A stretch of 64,000 nucleotides of DNA. Origin: Oscillospiraceae bacterium. GTDB lineage: Bacteria > Bacillota > Clostridia > Oscillospirales > CAG-272. The position numbers and the translations under genes are program-made. Where the stretch lies: contig SVTL01000001.1 of NCBI GenBank assembly GCA_015063795.1, forward strand, positions 111,614-175,613. The letters run 5' to 3'. Every line of letters begins with the position of its first letter. The first letter of the stretch is position 1. The notes beneath the pieces were generated by a model, which had not been told where the DNA came from, ran no database searches, and saw nothing but the letters and a program-made list of their open reading frames with translations. This document shows, one piece after another, positions 35,854-45,049 of the stretch.

Positions 35854-37032
35854 ATGCTGGATTTTAATTACTATACTCCCACCAATGTCCACTTCGGACG
35901 GACTGCCGAGGAGAAGATCGGTCCCGTGCTGAAGGGCGCCGGCGCAACCCGTGTTCTGATCCATTACGGCAGCGAGCGCGTGCGCAAGAGCGGTCTGCTG
36001 GATAAGATCGAAGCGAGCTTAGAGAGCGCAGGACTGACTCATATCGCGCTGGGCGGCGTTGAGCCAAACCCCAAGATCAAGCTGGTGCGGGAGGGCATCG
36101 AGCTCTGCAAAAAGGAAAAGGTGGATTATCTGCTGGCCGTCGGCGGCGGCAGTGCCATTGACAGCACCAAGAGCATCTCAATGGGACTGGCCATGGGGCG
36201 TGATCCGTGGGAGCTGATCTGCGGACAGATCATGCCCGATAAGCATTTTCCCTTTGCCGTGGTGTCCACCATGGCGGCGGCGGGAAGCGAGATGAGCAAT
36301 TCCCATGTCATCAGCGACGGCGAGCAGAAGCAGAAGAAGGCTCTCAACCATGACCTGCTCCGTCCGGATTTTGCCTTCATGAACCCCGAAAACACCTACA
36401 CCACGCCCCCCTTCGAGACGGCGTGCGGCATCGTGGATATCATGATGCACACCCTCGAACGCTATCTGACCATCGAGACCGATACCGACCTGACCGACCG
36501 CCTGTCCGAGGCGCTTCTCAAGTCGGTGAAGATCGCGGGCGAGACCGTCATGAGCAATCCCGAGGATTACGAAGCCCGCGCCACGCTCCTCTGGGCGTCC
36601 GCCCTTTCGCACAACGGTCTGACCGGATGCGGCAAGGAGCAGAAATTCTCGGTGCATAAGATCGGCCATGCCTTCAGCGGCGTGTTTGACCGCATCGCGC
36701 ACGGTGCCGGCCTGTCGGTGCTTTTCCCGGCGTGGGCGCAGTATGTTTATAAGTACGATGTCCGCAAATTTGCCCGTCTTGCCACCGAGGTCTTCGATGT
36801 GCCCTATGACTACGACAACCCCGAAAAGACCGCGTACAAGGGTATCTTTGTGATGAAGAGCTTTTTCGCCTCCCTCGGTATGCCCGTGACCATGAGCGAT
36901 CTGGATCTCACTCCTGCCGATTATGAGAGCATCGTCAACGTCACTACCGTAAACGGAACGGTCACCGTCCCCTCGTATCAGCCGCTGACAAAAGAGGACA
37001 TTCTGAACATCTATAAGCTGGCGGAATCCTGA
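35854..37032 (+). CDS. Iron-containing (group III) alcohol dehydrogenase, butanol-dehydrogenase-like
   Basis: The start is at the ATG at 35854 with a GGAGG RBS 7 nt upstream. The protein begins MLDFNYYTPTNVHFGRTAEEKIG and contains GGGSAIDSTK. At 392 aa it is the typical size for the Fe-ADH family. Confidence 0.85.
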   Translation: MLDFNYYTPTNVHFGRTAEEKIGPVLKGAGATRVLIHYGSERVRKSGLLDKIEASLESAGLTHIALGGVEPNPKIKLVREGIELCKKEKVDYLLAVGGGSAIDSTKSISMGLAMGRDPWELICGQIMPDKHFPFAVVSTMAAAGSEMSNSHVISDGEQKQKKALNHDLLRPDFAFMNPENTYTTPPFETACGIVDIMMHTLERYLTIETDTDLTDRLSEALLKSVKIAGETVMSNPEDYEARATLLWASALSHNGLTGCGKEQKFSVHKIGHAFSGVFDRIAHGAGLSVLFPAWAQYVYKYDVRKFARLATEVFDVPYDYDNPEKTAYKGIFVMKSFFASLGMPVTMSDLDLTPADYESIVNVTTVNGTVTVPSYQPLTKEDILNIYKLAES

Positions 37033-37160
37033 AAAAGAACAGGAAACGGGCGGGAGGAAAAAAGAGGAGAAAAAATTTAAAAAAATCTCCGATTTCTTCT
37101 TGACAAAAGCAGAAAAGTGTGATATACTCTTATCCGTTGATGAGAAATCAACGGATATAT

Positions 37161-37247
37161 GCGGGTATGGCGGAATTGGCAGACGCGCTAGATTCAGGTT
37201 CTAGTGGGGGCAACTTCGTGGAGGTTCAAGTCCTCTTACCCGCACCA
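37161..37247 (+). tRNA. tRNA-Leu, anticodon CAG, class II with a long variable arm and an encoded CCA
   Basis: I folded the cloverleaf by hand. The acceptor stem is GCGGGTA/TACCCGC. The anticodon stem is CTAGA/TCTAG with loop TTCAGGT (anticodon at 37195-37197). The variable arm is 15 nt, the T-loop is TTCAAGT, and the 3' end is ACCA. Confidence 0.9.
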
Positions 37248-37290
37248 AAATCGACAAGTTTCGACAGAAGCTTGTCGATTTTACTTTTTC
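37247..37290 (+). terminator. Rho-independent terminator after the tRNA
   Basis: A perfect 12-bp stem AAAATCGACAAG / CTTGTCGATTTT with a 12-nt loop is followed by a T-rich tract. Confidence 0.75.
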
Positions 37291-37452
37291 ACTCTTCACT
37301 CTTCGCATTTTTCTAAAACTCCCACGCAACTTTTCAAGAGAAGAGAGAAAAGAAAAGGCAGCATTTCTCCTATCGTCAAAAAGCATTCAATTATATTGGG
37401 GTTCAAATCCGTCGGTAAAAAAGTAAACGATCGAATTTATCGCCTCTTCGCC

Positions 37453-37499
37453 AAAAAGAAACGACAATTTTCCTCAGGAATTTGTCGTTTCTATTTTTG
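37453..37499. terminator. Bidirectional rho-independent terminator (serves the minus-strand hydrolase gene)
   Basis: An 11-bp stem AGAAACGACAA / TTGTCGTTTCT is flanked by an A-run on the 5' side and a T-run on the 3' side. Confidence 0.7.
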
Positions 37500-37558
37500 T
37501 ATTCTTATCTTTTCACTCGGACCATTTCTGGCTTTATCGTCCTGCACAAAGGCATATT

Positions 37559-39985
37559 TCACGTCACCTTTACCAATGGCATCCCGTTTTCGCGCACAGC
37601 AAAAAACTGCCCATCACGAAAGATGAGAGCCTCGTTATTGAGGTAGGGGTGAAACCCGTTGTAATAACTGGGGAGAATCATTTTCCGTGTGAAGAGATTC
37701 TTTTTCAGCATCGAAGAGTCGTTGCAGTTTATATAGAGAACAGACACAGCGGGATTTCTCGGATTCTGCAGAACCTGCATCACGCAGTAGGGGCCGTCAA
37801 AACGCTCTCCGCCGTAAGAAAAGCCGTCTTGATCGGTAGAAACGATCGCCATTTTTCTCAGATTGTTCAAAAGCGGGAGATCGCGGCAGCAATCCACAAC
37901 CGCCAAAGCCTGTTCCGCTTCTGCTTCGGGCAGATCACGGGCGCCGTAAATCGGATACCGCACAAAAATCCGCCCGCCGTGACCCATTGTGGAAGGGCGA
38001 GCCAAAGCCTCCGCGCAGGCAGAAAGAGTTACATCCTCCGCATCGGCGCACACCACGCGCATCGGCGACAGATACACATCGAGAAGCCCCGTCCCCTTAA
38101 AGGGCACAGCATCCGGCTCGCCTTCGGCAAGAGAAAAACCGCGCCTCGAGTGGCAAAAAAGGATTTTCTTGCCCGCAAAATCCGTAAAAACAAACCGTTT
38201 CCCGTTGAGCGTAACGGCAAAGCGATGCTTATCCACCTGCGGCGGAATTGTGACAGTCAGCCCAACCGCATTTTGCGAGCGGATGGCAATTTCGTTCCCC
38301 CGTACCTCTGCCGAAACAAAAGCCTCGTGTTTCCCGCGCCGAATCCCGTGAATCCGAATCCAAAAGCAGGAAAGGTAGCGATGAAAGCCCGTCCGAAACG
38401 CAATGTGGTTAGGGAAAGGATCACGCCTTGTTTTCAGCAATTCATCAACATAAAAATCCTTTCCTCTCAGAACAGTAAACAATTGATGGCTCATCGCCTC
38501 GGTCAAAATTCCCGTATAAGAAAGACTCTTCCGTGCGCGGCTGTTGATCACGCGGAAAACTTTGCCGAACATGGCATCGTCTTTAGAAGATGTGTTAATG
38601 ATTCTCACCGGCCGAAGGTTGGTCAAAAACTCCTTGCGAACAAGCCCCGCCAAGGGAGCAATTCCCGCAAAACGATCGGGGGACAGCTGAGCCTGAATCA
38701 AGGCGGCAGCTCCGCCGTTGGAGACACCGACCGCATACAAACGGTCGCAGTCCACCGAAAAGCGCTCGCACAAAACTGAGATTGCTTCTTGGATGGAAGC
38801 GTCGCCCACATAACTGCCCATGGTGAATCCCCGACCGCTGACGAAAGCGAATAAAACATCGTCGCGATTGGCATGCTCAAACAGCCGCGGATGCTTGGCA
38901 TACCGCGTTGAGACAATCTGAACAAACAGCGGATACCGCTTGCTTTCGTCATACGAAGCAGGGAGCGTCACGTCCAATTTTTCTGCCCGTCCATCCAGTT
39001 TTGATCGAAAGAACACTGGCCGGCTGCGGGAAACAGCCCAGCCTTCCCCATTCCCTAGTTCGGTCAACCGAGCCAGAATCGTGTGGCGATACTCCTCCGA
39101 GCAGAAGCCCTCTTCAAAGCGTTCCATCAGATGCTCTGCCTCGAGAATCTTCTCCTCCGAAAACACGCCTGATTCAGACAAGTGACGCACCCGCGGTACA
39201 ATGGCATCGAAAATTGCATTCGGCTCGCGCAGCGACAGGACAATCCGCTTCCCCTCGCCGAAATCCAGCCGAAGCAAGAGCGTTCCCGCAGGAAGCAAAG
39301 ATTCTGCGAAGGAAAAAGCATTCTCCGTTCCATAGGAAAACGGAATCGGGGGAAGTTCCTTCCGAAAGCCGACCCCCAACGCCGTCACGCGGCAAAGGGA
39401 TGGTCCCGAATGTGTTCTGTTACATGTGGAAAAAAGAAAGGAAAAATCCTTTCCGTCGCAAAGGCTAAGATCGCTGTGAAGCAGATCCGGCAAAGCGAAA
39501 AAGCCCTCGTTCCCCAGAAAAGCCGACAAAGAACAGTCGGCCGTTTCATAGGAGAGACGGCTGAAGCGAAAGGAGACCGGATCCCCGCTCTGCTTGCCGA
39601 ATTTTTGAATCACAACCCGATTTTCGCCCTTTTGGAATCGGCACAAAGTCCCGCGGGCATCGGGAACCGAGCACAGCGAAACCAGCGTCCCGTTGATGAA
39701 AATTTTGCAGGAACTGTTGGTTGAATAGAGCATCACGGCTTCGGTCTCCTCCTCCGCCGTAACCGTGAAAAAGGAAAAGCGGCTCTCCTCAGCAGGCGGA
39801 AACCGCTCTGCCAAAGCCTCGTTCAGCGTGTCAATGTGTTCGGCCTTTGCATAGTATTCGTCAATCACCGAATCAAGAAGCGGCGGAAGCGTTGCCGAAA
39901 AAGCGCCGCAGGGCGGAAAAAAGTTCACAGTCGCCGCAAAGCGGACCGTGATCACATCCCGATCAAAAGGGTAAACGTAGCCCAT
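37559..39985 (-). CDS. Cytoplasmic alpha/beta-hydrolase-fold protein (esterase / S9-like peptidase)
   Basis: It has the nucleophile elbow GVSNGG in YAVGVSNGGAAALIQAQLSPDRFAGIAPLAG and no signal peptide. I trimmed the start to Met55 (ATG at 39985) because the upstream 54 codons are Arg/Pro-rich and span a terminator hairpin. The RBS is weak. Confidence 0.6.
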   Translation of the reverse strand: MGYVYPFDRDVITVRFAATVNFFPPCGAFSATLPPLLDSVIDEYYAKAEHIDTLNEALAERFPPAEESRFSFFTVTAEEETEAVMLYSTNSSCKIFINGTLVSLCSVPDARGTLCRFQKGENRVVIQKFGKQSGDPVSFRFSRLSYETADCSLSAFLGNEGFFALPDLLHSDLSLCDGKDFSFLFSTCNRTHSGPSLCRVTALGVGFRKELPPIPFSYGTENAFSFAESLLPAGTLLLRLDFGEGKRIVLSLREPNAIFDAIVPRVRHLSESGVFSEEKILEAEHLMERFEEGFCSEEYRHTILARLTELGNGEGWAVSRSRPVFFRSKLDGRAEKLDVTLPASYDESKRYPLFVQIVSTRYAKHPRLFEHANRDDVLFAFVSGRGFTMGSYVGDASIQEAISVLCERFSVDCDRLYAVGVSNGGAAALIQAQLSPDRFAGIAPLAGLVRKEFLTNLRPVRIINTSSKDDAMFGKVFRVINSRARKSLSYTGILTEAMSHQLFTVLRGKDFYVDELLKTRRDPFPNHIAFRTGFHRYLSCFWIRIHGIRRGKHEAFVSAEVRGNEIAIRSQNAVGLTVTIPPQVDKHRFAVTLNGKRFVFTDFAGKKILFCHSRRGFSLAEGEPDAVPFKGTGLLDVYLSPMRVVCADAEDVTLSACAEALARPSTMGHGGRIFVRYPIYGARDLPEAEAEQALAVVDCCRDLPLLNNLRKMAIVSTDQDGFSYGGERFDGPYCVMQVLQNPRNPAVSVLYINCNDSSMLKKNLFTRKMILPSYYNGFHPYLNNEALIFRDGQFFAVRENGMPLVKVT

Positions 39986-40002
39986 AAAAACAAAAAACCT
40001 CT

Positions 40003-40038
40003 CAAAAAAAGCGAAACGCAGCGCAAAAATGCGCTGCG
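40003..40038 (-). terminator. Rho-independent terminator of the ArsR-type regulator gene
   Basis: An 8-9 bp stem (C)GCAGCGCA-aaaa-TGCGCTGC(G) is followed on the minus strand by GTTTCGCTTTTTTT. Confidence 0.65.
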
Positions 40039-40188
40039 CTCGGATGGATTCCTTTAGCGGAAATCGCCGATTTCGCAAACGCCTTCGCCCGAATAGGCGG
40101 CCGCGCGGATGGAGGCGGCAAGGGCCGGGGCGGACAGGGTGCTGCAAACAGGCTTGCTCCAGGTCTTTTTCATCGTCAGGATCCTTTC

Positions 40189-41253
40189 TCAGTTCTTGGA
40201 ATATTTCGCCAAAAGATTTCTCACAGTATCAAAGAATGGTTTGTTGACGCTGTAAAAAATCGTTTTGCCCTCGTTGCGGACCTTCACCGCGCCGATTTTT
40301 GAAAGAATGGTGATGTGGTGATAGGCGGTCGAGCCCGAAAAATCAAAGATTTTTTCCAAATCCTTGCAGGTGGCTTCGCCCATTTTCAGAAGATGATCCA
40401 AAATCTGAATGCGGCTCTTTTCGCCCAAGGCGGCACATAAATTTTCAAGCGGAGGTGTTTTGATTTGCTCTAAATACGCGTGCATTCCAGCTGCATAATC
40501 ATATCCGAGAAAATAAATAACGCCTTCTGGAATGAAGAAGTATTTCATCCAATACTTGTGTAACAAACAATAGGAGGTGAATAGTGTTTTCCCTTCATCT
40601 TTTATGAATGTGAAATCTTTTTCACCTTTGATCGACTGACTCAAAACTTCTATCGATGTATTGTTGTGCGCTGTTAAAATTAAATTGTAATGCTCTTGAT
40701 AGTAAGAGGTAAGAAGTATTTCTTTTTCAATCAATTCGCTTTGAAGCATTTGAATATAGGGTAGAGGTGAATGAAAAAATTCATAAAGTCTGCATTTTTT
40801 GTCGTTGTCGTAACTTGATTCTTTGATTGCGGAAAAAAGTTTCTCTCGGGATTCCAGACATTCTGCCAAACGTTCTTGAGGAAAATCGGTGAAATAGAAA
40901 CGAATCAGACCTTTGATCAAATTGTCAACATCGGTCAATTTGTTTTTTAGAAAGGTAAAGTCGAAGTTGGTTGCAAATTGGTTTTTATAAGGATCAAAAA
41001 AATACGTTATCATGAAACAACGACCGCTCTCATCTGCATGATAAAACACAAACAGATCATCCGAAATGTCACCGAACAGAGTGGAAATGTGCGTGAAATA
41101 AGCCTTTGCCTCGTCCCGTCTGGACTTTTCCACGCTCTCGATGCAAAGCTCCTTGTTGAACTTCAGATAAAACAGATAGTTCAGGTCATAAAGATAGCCC
41201 GGATTTTTTAAAACCTTGATGTTCGGCATATCAAAACCTCTCCTTTTTGGCAC
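40189..41253 (-). CDS. ArsR/SmtB-type winged-helix regulator with a large N-terminal domain of unknown function
   Basis: This is a 354-aa ORF. The C-terminal ~90 aa (LCAALGEKSRIQILDHLLKMGEATCKDLEKIFDFSGSTAYHHITILSKIGAVKVRNEGKTIFYSVN) match the ArsR HTH pattern. The N-terminal ~260 aa are unassigned. Confidence 0.65.
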   Translation of the reverse strand: MPKRRGFDMPNIKVLKNPGYLYDLNYLFYLKFNKELCIESVEKSRRDEAKAYFTHISTLFGDISDDLFVFYHADESGRCFMITYFFDPYKNQFATNFDFTFLKNKLTDVDNLIKGLIRFYFTDFPQERLAECLESREKLFSAIKESSYDNDKKCRLYEFFHSPLPYIQMLQSELIEKEILLTSYYQEHYNLILTAHNNTSIEVLSQSIKGEKDFTFIKDEGKTLFTSYCLLHKYWMKYFFIPEGVIYFLGYDYAAGMHAYLEQIKTPPLENLCAALGEKSRIQILDHLLKMGEATCKDLEKIFDFSGSTAYHHITILSKIGAVKVRNEGKTIFYSVNKPFFDTVRNLLAKYSKN

Positions 41254-41418
41254 ATGGCTTCAAAATCTTGTTCCATTGTATCACGGAAGAAAAAGAAAAT
41301 CAAGAGGGAAGCGCAAGAAAAAAGAAATTTTTTTCGATTGAAAAGGAATGATCTTTCTTCAAAAGCGTAAAAAAAGAAGTCTTTTCGGTCAAAAAAGAAG
41401 AAAAAATGAAAAAATCTA

Positions 41419-41447
41419 TTGAAAAGTTTGTCGAAAGATGGTAAAAT
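41419..41447 (+). promoter_or_regulatory. Sigma-A-like promoter of the ACP/FkbH-like pair
   Basis: It reads TTGAAA-N17-TAAAAT with TG upstream of the -10, about 38 nt before the ATG at 41485. Confidence 0.55.
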
Positions 41448-41484
41448 GCGAATAGATCATGCAAGATGAGGTTCCTGGAGAAAA

Positions 41485-41763
41485 ATGAAAAAGAGCATGG
41501 ATGGAGTAACCAAAGAAAACATAGCAAAAACGATCGTGGAAAACCTCGAAAATGTGTCGCTGCCGACAGATGGCTTTGATGAGGATCTCACCGCCCTCGG
41601 CATGGATTCGATCTCCTTCATCCGCGTCATTGTGGCGCTGGAGGAGGCCTTCGGCTGTGAAATTCCCGATTCCAAACTGCTGATCGGCGAGATGAACACG
41701 GTAAACAAAATCGCGCGGGTTTTGGAGGAAGCGAAAAAGAAGGGGGGGAGAGAAGTGCGGTGA
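41485..41763 (+). CDS. Acyl/peptidyl carrier protein
   Basis: This is a 92-aa ORF. LGMDSISFIRVIVALEEAFGCEIPDSKL contains the phosphopantetheine-attachment Ser motif (DSI). A GGAG RBS is present. Confidence 0.8.
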   Translation: MKKSMDGVTKENIAKTIVENLENVSLPTDGFDEDLTALGMDSISFIRVIVALEEAFGCEIPDSKLLIGEMNTVNKIARVLEEAKKKGGREVR

Positions 41764-43310
41764 ACAAACAAGCCGGATCTGCACTCCTTGTGATTTCAAA
41801 CATCACGCTCGAACCCTTTTTCGGCGAAGCCTGTCGAAAAGCCTTTGCCGAGGATGGCGTGAACATCGAAATCCGGCATCTTTCTTATGAGGAAGCCTTT
41901 GAAGAAAAACAAAGAGAAAGGCTCTCCGCTTCTGACAGAATTGCGGTTTGGCTTTCCGCCGAAGCGCTGTATCCCGATTGGCCGTACAGCGATTCGCAGG
42001 AGGACAAGCGCATCGCCGCCGATTTCGAGCAGCGAAGTCTCATTCTCTATCGCTTTTTGAAGAAAACGGCATCTGCCGCTTCCATCCTTTGGGTTGGCGG
42101 AGAGGACTATGCCTTTCGCCGCTGTTATGCCCTTTATGGCGCCGAACCGCTGGCCGGGATTGACCGTGTGAATCGTTCTCTTCTTTCTTCTCTCGAAGAG
42201 GGCGATGCTTTTGTCGATCTCAAAGCCGTGATCGCTCGCCTCGGCTTTGACCGAGCCTTTGACGAAAAAGGAAAGTACCGTTGGAATGCCCCCTATTCCC
42301 GCGTGCTTCTATCCGATGTGGCAGAAGAATGGAGAAAGCGCCGCAGAATCGAAAACGGCATCTCGAAAAAATGCCTCGTCCTCGATTGCGACAACGTTCT
42401 CTGGGGCGGAATCCTCTCCGAAGACGGCCTCGAGAATCTGAAGGTCGGACCCGATGGCCTCGGTCGTCCCTATCGGGAATTTCAGCGCTTCGTCCTTGCC
42501 CTGCAGGAAAGCGGTGTGATTCTGGCCCTTTGCAGCAAAAACGACGAAGCCGATGTAAGAAACGTCCTGAAAACGCATGACGGTATGCTTTTGAAAGAAG
42601 AGCACATCGCCTGCTTCTGCGTAAATTGGGAAAAGAAGACCGATAACCTCAAAAGGATTGCGGAAACGCTCAACATATCGCTGGAAAGCATGGTGTTTGT
42701 GGATGATGACGAGTTTGAAGTGCAGGCAGCTCGCTCCATTCTGCCCGAAGTCACCGCCGTCCGCTTTGAGCGGGAGACGGTATATCAGGCGCTGTCCTGC
42801 TTTTCTCTTTCCCGTCGCGCCGACCGAAAGAACGCCGCCTTGCGAAATCAGACCTATCAAACCGATTCGCTCCGAAAAAAGCTCGAAAGCGAATGCGTCT
42901 CCCATGAAGAATTTCTCCGCGCGCTGGAGATGAAATTGGAGATTCGGCAAGCCGCCCTTTCCGATCTCGCCCGCCTCTCCGAATTGACACAAAGAACCAA
43001 CCGCTGCACCAATGGAATGCGCTTCACAGTCCCCGAGCTCAAACAGCGCCTTCTCGATTCCGAGTATCAATTGTATGCCGTCCGTCTCTCCGATCGCTTT
43101 TCCGATCTGGGGTTGGTCGGTGCCCTCGGCTTCAAAGGGGAGGAGGCCGATTTGTTTTCTCTCTCCTGCCGAGCCATGGGCAGAGGAGCGGAAGAGAAAA
43201 TGGCCGGATTTTTGAAAACAAGAGGGGTAAGGCGTTTCGCCTTTGCGCCCACCCCGAAAAATGAAGAATGGAAAAAAACCATGCAAAAATTCCTGCAGGA
43301 TTTGGTATAA
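41760..43310 (+). CDS. FkbH-like protein (HAD subfamily IIIC phosphatase/acyl-loading domain)
   Basis: This is a 516-aa ORF with a GTG start that overlaps the ACP stop. It has the HAD motif I LVLDCDNVLWGG typical of FkbH-type glyceryl-ACP loaders and a GNAT-like C-terminal part. Confidence 0.7.
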   Translation: MNKQAGSALLVISNITLEPFFGEACRKAFAEDGVNIEIRHLSYEEAFEEKQRERLSASDRIAVWLSAEALYPDWPYSDSQEDKRIAADFEQRSLILYRFLKKTASAASILWVGGEDYAFRRCYALYGAEPLAGIDRVNRSLLSSLEEGDAFVDLKAVIARLGFDRAFDEKGKYRWNAPYSRVLLSDVAEEWRKRRRIENGISKKCLVLDCDNVLWGGILSEDGLENLKVGPDGLGRPYREFQRFVLALQESGVILALCSKNDEADVRNVLKTHDGMLLKEEHIACFCVNWEKKTDNLKRIAETLNISLESMVFVDDDEFEVQAARSILPEVTAVRFERETVYQALSCFSLSRRADRKNAALRNQTYQTDSLRKKLESECVSHEEFLRALEMKLEIRQAALSDLARLSELTQRTNRCTNGMRFTVPELKQRLLDSEYQLYAVRLSDRFSDLGLVGALGFKGEEADLFSLSCRAMGRGAEEKMAGFLKTRGVRRFAFAPTPKNEEWKKTMQKFLQDLV

Positions 43311-43522
43311 AAACTTCCGTTTTCTTGCGTTTTCTGCATCAAAATGCCTGTTTTCGTATTGTTTTTGAATGAATCTGCATAATATTTAATGACAAATTTT
43401 GATAAATATACATAATTTTGCCGTATGGGAACTCCATCGCCTTTCATCGGATAGGTCTCTTAAGGTATAATATGTCTTGCATGAAAATGCAAACAAAAAG
43501 AAGTATTCTTAAGGAGGATCTT

Positions 43523-43765
43523 ATGAAGAAAGTGAAAAGTAAGAAAAACAGGGTGGCGGCGTTCGGGAAAATGATCCGCGAAAAGAGAAGGGCGCTTGGC
43601 ATGAGCTCCGAATGTCTCGCCGAAAAAGCAAACCGAAGCGAACGTGAGGTTCGTGACATTGAATTGGGCAAGGTCGAACCGAAACTCAGCACCACATTGC
43701 TGCTTTGCAACGCCTGCGAAGTCGATGTGGGCGAATTGGAAGCCTATGTTCCGCATGAAGAATAA
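43523..43765 (+). CDS. XRE-family helix-turn-helix regulator
   Basis: The start is placed at the ATG at 43523, with an AAGGAGG RBS 5 nt upstream. FGKMIREKRRALGMSSECLAEKANRSEREVRDIELGKVEPKLSTTLLLCNACEV matches the Cro/C1 HTH pattern. Confidence 0.8.
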   Translation: MKKVKSKKNRVAAFGKMIREKRRALGMSSECLAEKANRSEREVRDIELGKVEPKLSTTLLLCNACEVDVGELEAYVPHEE

Positions 43766-44009
43766 AGAGATGACACTTTCGGTCATTTGGCCGTATCGGT
43801 ATGCGTTGGTGGAAGAAACCATTGAAACAGAAGGATTTTCTTATGTTGGATACGGCATTTTGCTTGTAGATAAGGAGTCGTCCTGCCTGAAATTTCATTC
43901 GGATATCAGCTCCGATCGGGAGGCAGTCGAGTCGTTGGTGCATCGGTGCAATGCTCTGTTTCTTGATCCGATTCATTTTGAAAATGTTGTGGAAGATTTT
44001 TTGATATGA
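43746..44009 (+). CDS. Small hypothetical protein
   Basis: This ~87-aa ORF overlaps the XRE gene end. Its compact, non-repetitive sequence ends ...HRCNALFLDPIHFENVVEDFLI. The start is uncertain (43746, 43755 or 43767). Confidence 0.5.
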   Translation: MFRMKNKEMTLSVIWPYRYALVEETIETEGFSYVGYGILLVDKESSCLKFHSDISSDREAVESLVHRCNALFLDPIHFENVVEDFLI

Positions 44010-44230
44010 TCATACCCACTGAAAAAAACGTCTTGCGGTGCGAGCTGTCAGGCGTTTTTTTGCTGAAAAAAAGCGTTCGCCATGTCGGAAAATCCTTGTT
44101 CGGGAAGAATTTTCTCAAAAAAACTTTTGTCGGAAAAGGCAAAGCGGAAAAGAAAGAACATCAAGATTATGAAGAAATGCTATTGAATAATCTTAAAAAA
44201 TATGATATGATGAAGCCATTGTATGTATAG
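44006..44230 (+). CDS. Lys-rich 74-aa hypothetical ORF (coding status uncertain)
   Basis: Its ATG overlaps the preceding stop (ATGA). The composition is Lys-rich and there is no recognisable domain. Confidence 0.3.
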   Translation: MIIPTEKNVLRCELSGVFLLKKSVRHVGKSLFGKNFLKKTFVGKGKAEKKEHQDYEEMLLNNLKKYDMMKPLYV

Positions 44231-44242
44231 GGAGAAAATGCC

Positions 44243-45049
44243 ATGCTTCGATTGCTGTATCACCCCCCGTTCCGCACCTCGTTTTCCCTCGCGCTTGATG
44301 ATGAGTCCCTCGCCGAATCGTTAAAAATTCAGTATGGGGAAGACATCGAAAAAGCCGCTGTTCATGCGGCTTCAGAGGATATTTTGCTGAAAAAAAGCGC
44401 GGATGGATATTGCCTGAAATTCCGAGGAGAAGAGGTGTTCACCAAAGCGCCTCTTGCCGCGCTTGACCGCCTTTTCTTTGAAAACACCGAATTTGACAAA
44501 AAGATCCTTGCTCTCCATGGAGCCGCCGTTGAGTACAAAGGAAACGCCTATCTTTTTTTAGCCCCCACCACCGGCGGCAAAACCACCCTTACCGCCTTTT
44601 TAACGTCAAAAGGCTTTGGCTATCTGACCGACGACTGTATTCTTCTCGACCGCGAAACCTTTGAGATCTATCCCTCTCCCCGCCCGATCCATTTGCGTCG
44701 AGGCGGGCTGGAAGTTCTGCAAAGCTTGTCTGTCTGTCCCCCCTGCCGTATGGTTTCGATGCCGCCGAACGAGCGATATGTTTATTCGCCGAAAAATGTC
44801 GCGGACAGCCTCGTTCCGCTGAAAGATGTGTTTTTCTTGGCACGGAATGCCATTGACCGTAACGAAGCGGAGAGGCTGCCGTCCAACGGCCGCATTGCTG
44901 AACTGTTGAATTCTCCGATCACACCCTATGCGGTTACGGGTGACTACCTGAGGCTGTTGGTAAAACTATCCGGATATGGCTGCCGGCGTCTTCATTACAG
45001 CGACATGAATTTTGTAAAAACCTTAATCGAACGGGAGGCGGAGATATGA
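44243..45049 (+). CDS. HPr-kinase-related protein (RiPP-cluster-associated kinase type)
   Basis: This is a 268-aa ORF. LHGAAVEYKGNAYLFLAPTTGGKTTLTAFLTSKGFGYLTDDCILLD matches the HprK C-terminal P-loop pattern (HG...G.SG.GKS...DD). Confidence 0.65.
   Translation: MLRLLYHPPFRTSFSLALDDESLAESLKIQYGEDIEKAAVHAASEDILLKKSADGYCLKFRGEEVFTKAPLAALDRLFFENTEFDKKILALHGAAVEYKGNAYLFLAPTTGGKTTLTAFLTSKGFGYLTDDCILLDRETFEIYPSPRPIHLRRGGLEVLQSLSVCPPCRMVSMPPNERYVYSPKNVADSLVPLKDVFFLARNAIDRNEAERLPSNGRIAELLNSPITPYAVTGDYLRLLVKLSGYGCRRLHYSDMNFVKTLIEREAEI

Noticed and set aside
37204-37626. A 140-aa plus-strand ORF and a 61-aa minus-strand ORF overlapping the tRNA-Leu and the two terminator hairpins.
   Set aside because: They overlap a clear tRNA and two strong stem-loops. 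There is no RBS and the sequence is not protein-like.
44040-44075. A T7/A7 inverted run (GCGTTTTTTTGCTGAAAAAAAGCG) inside the 74-aa ORF, considered as a terminator or attenuator.
   Set aside because: Only the A/T tracts can pair, because the flanking GCG/GCG do not. The predicted stem is too weak to call.
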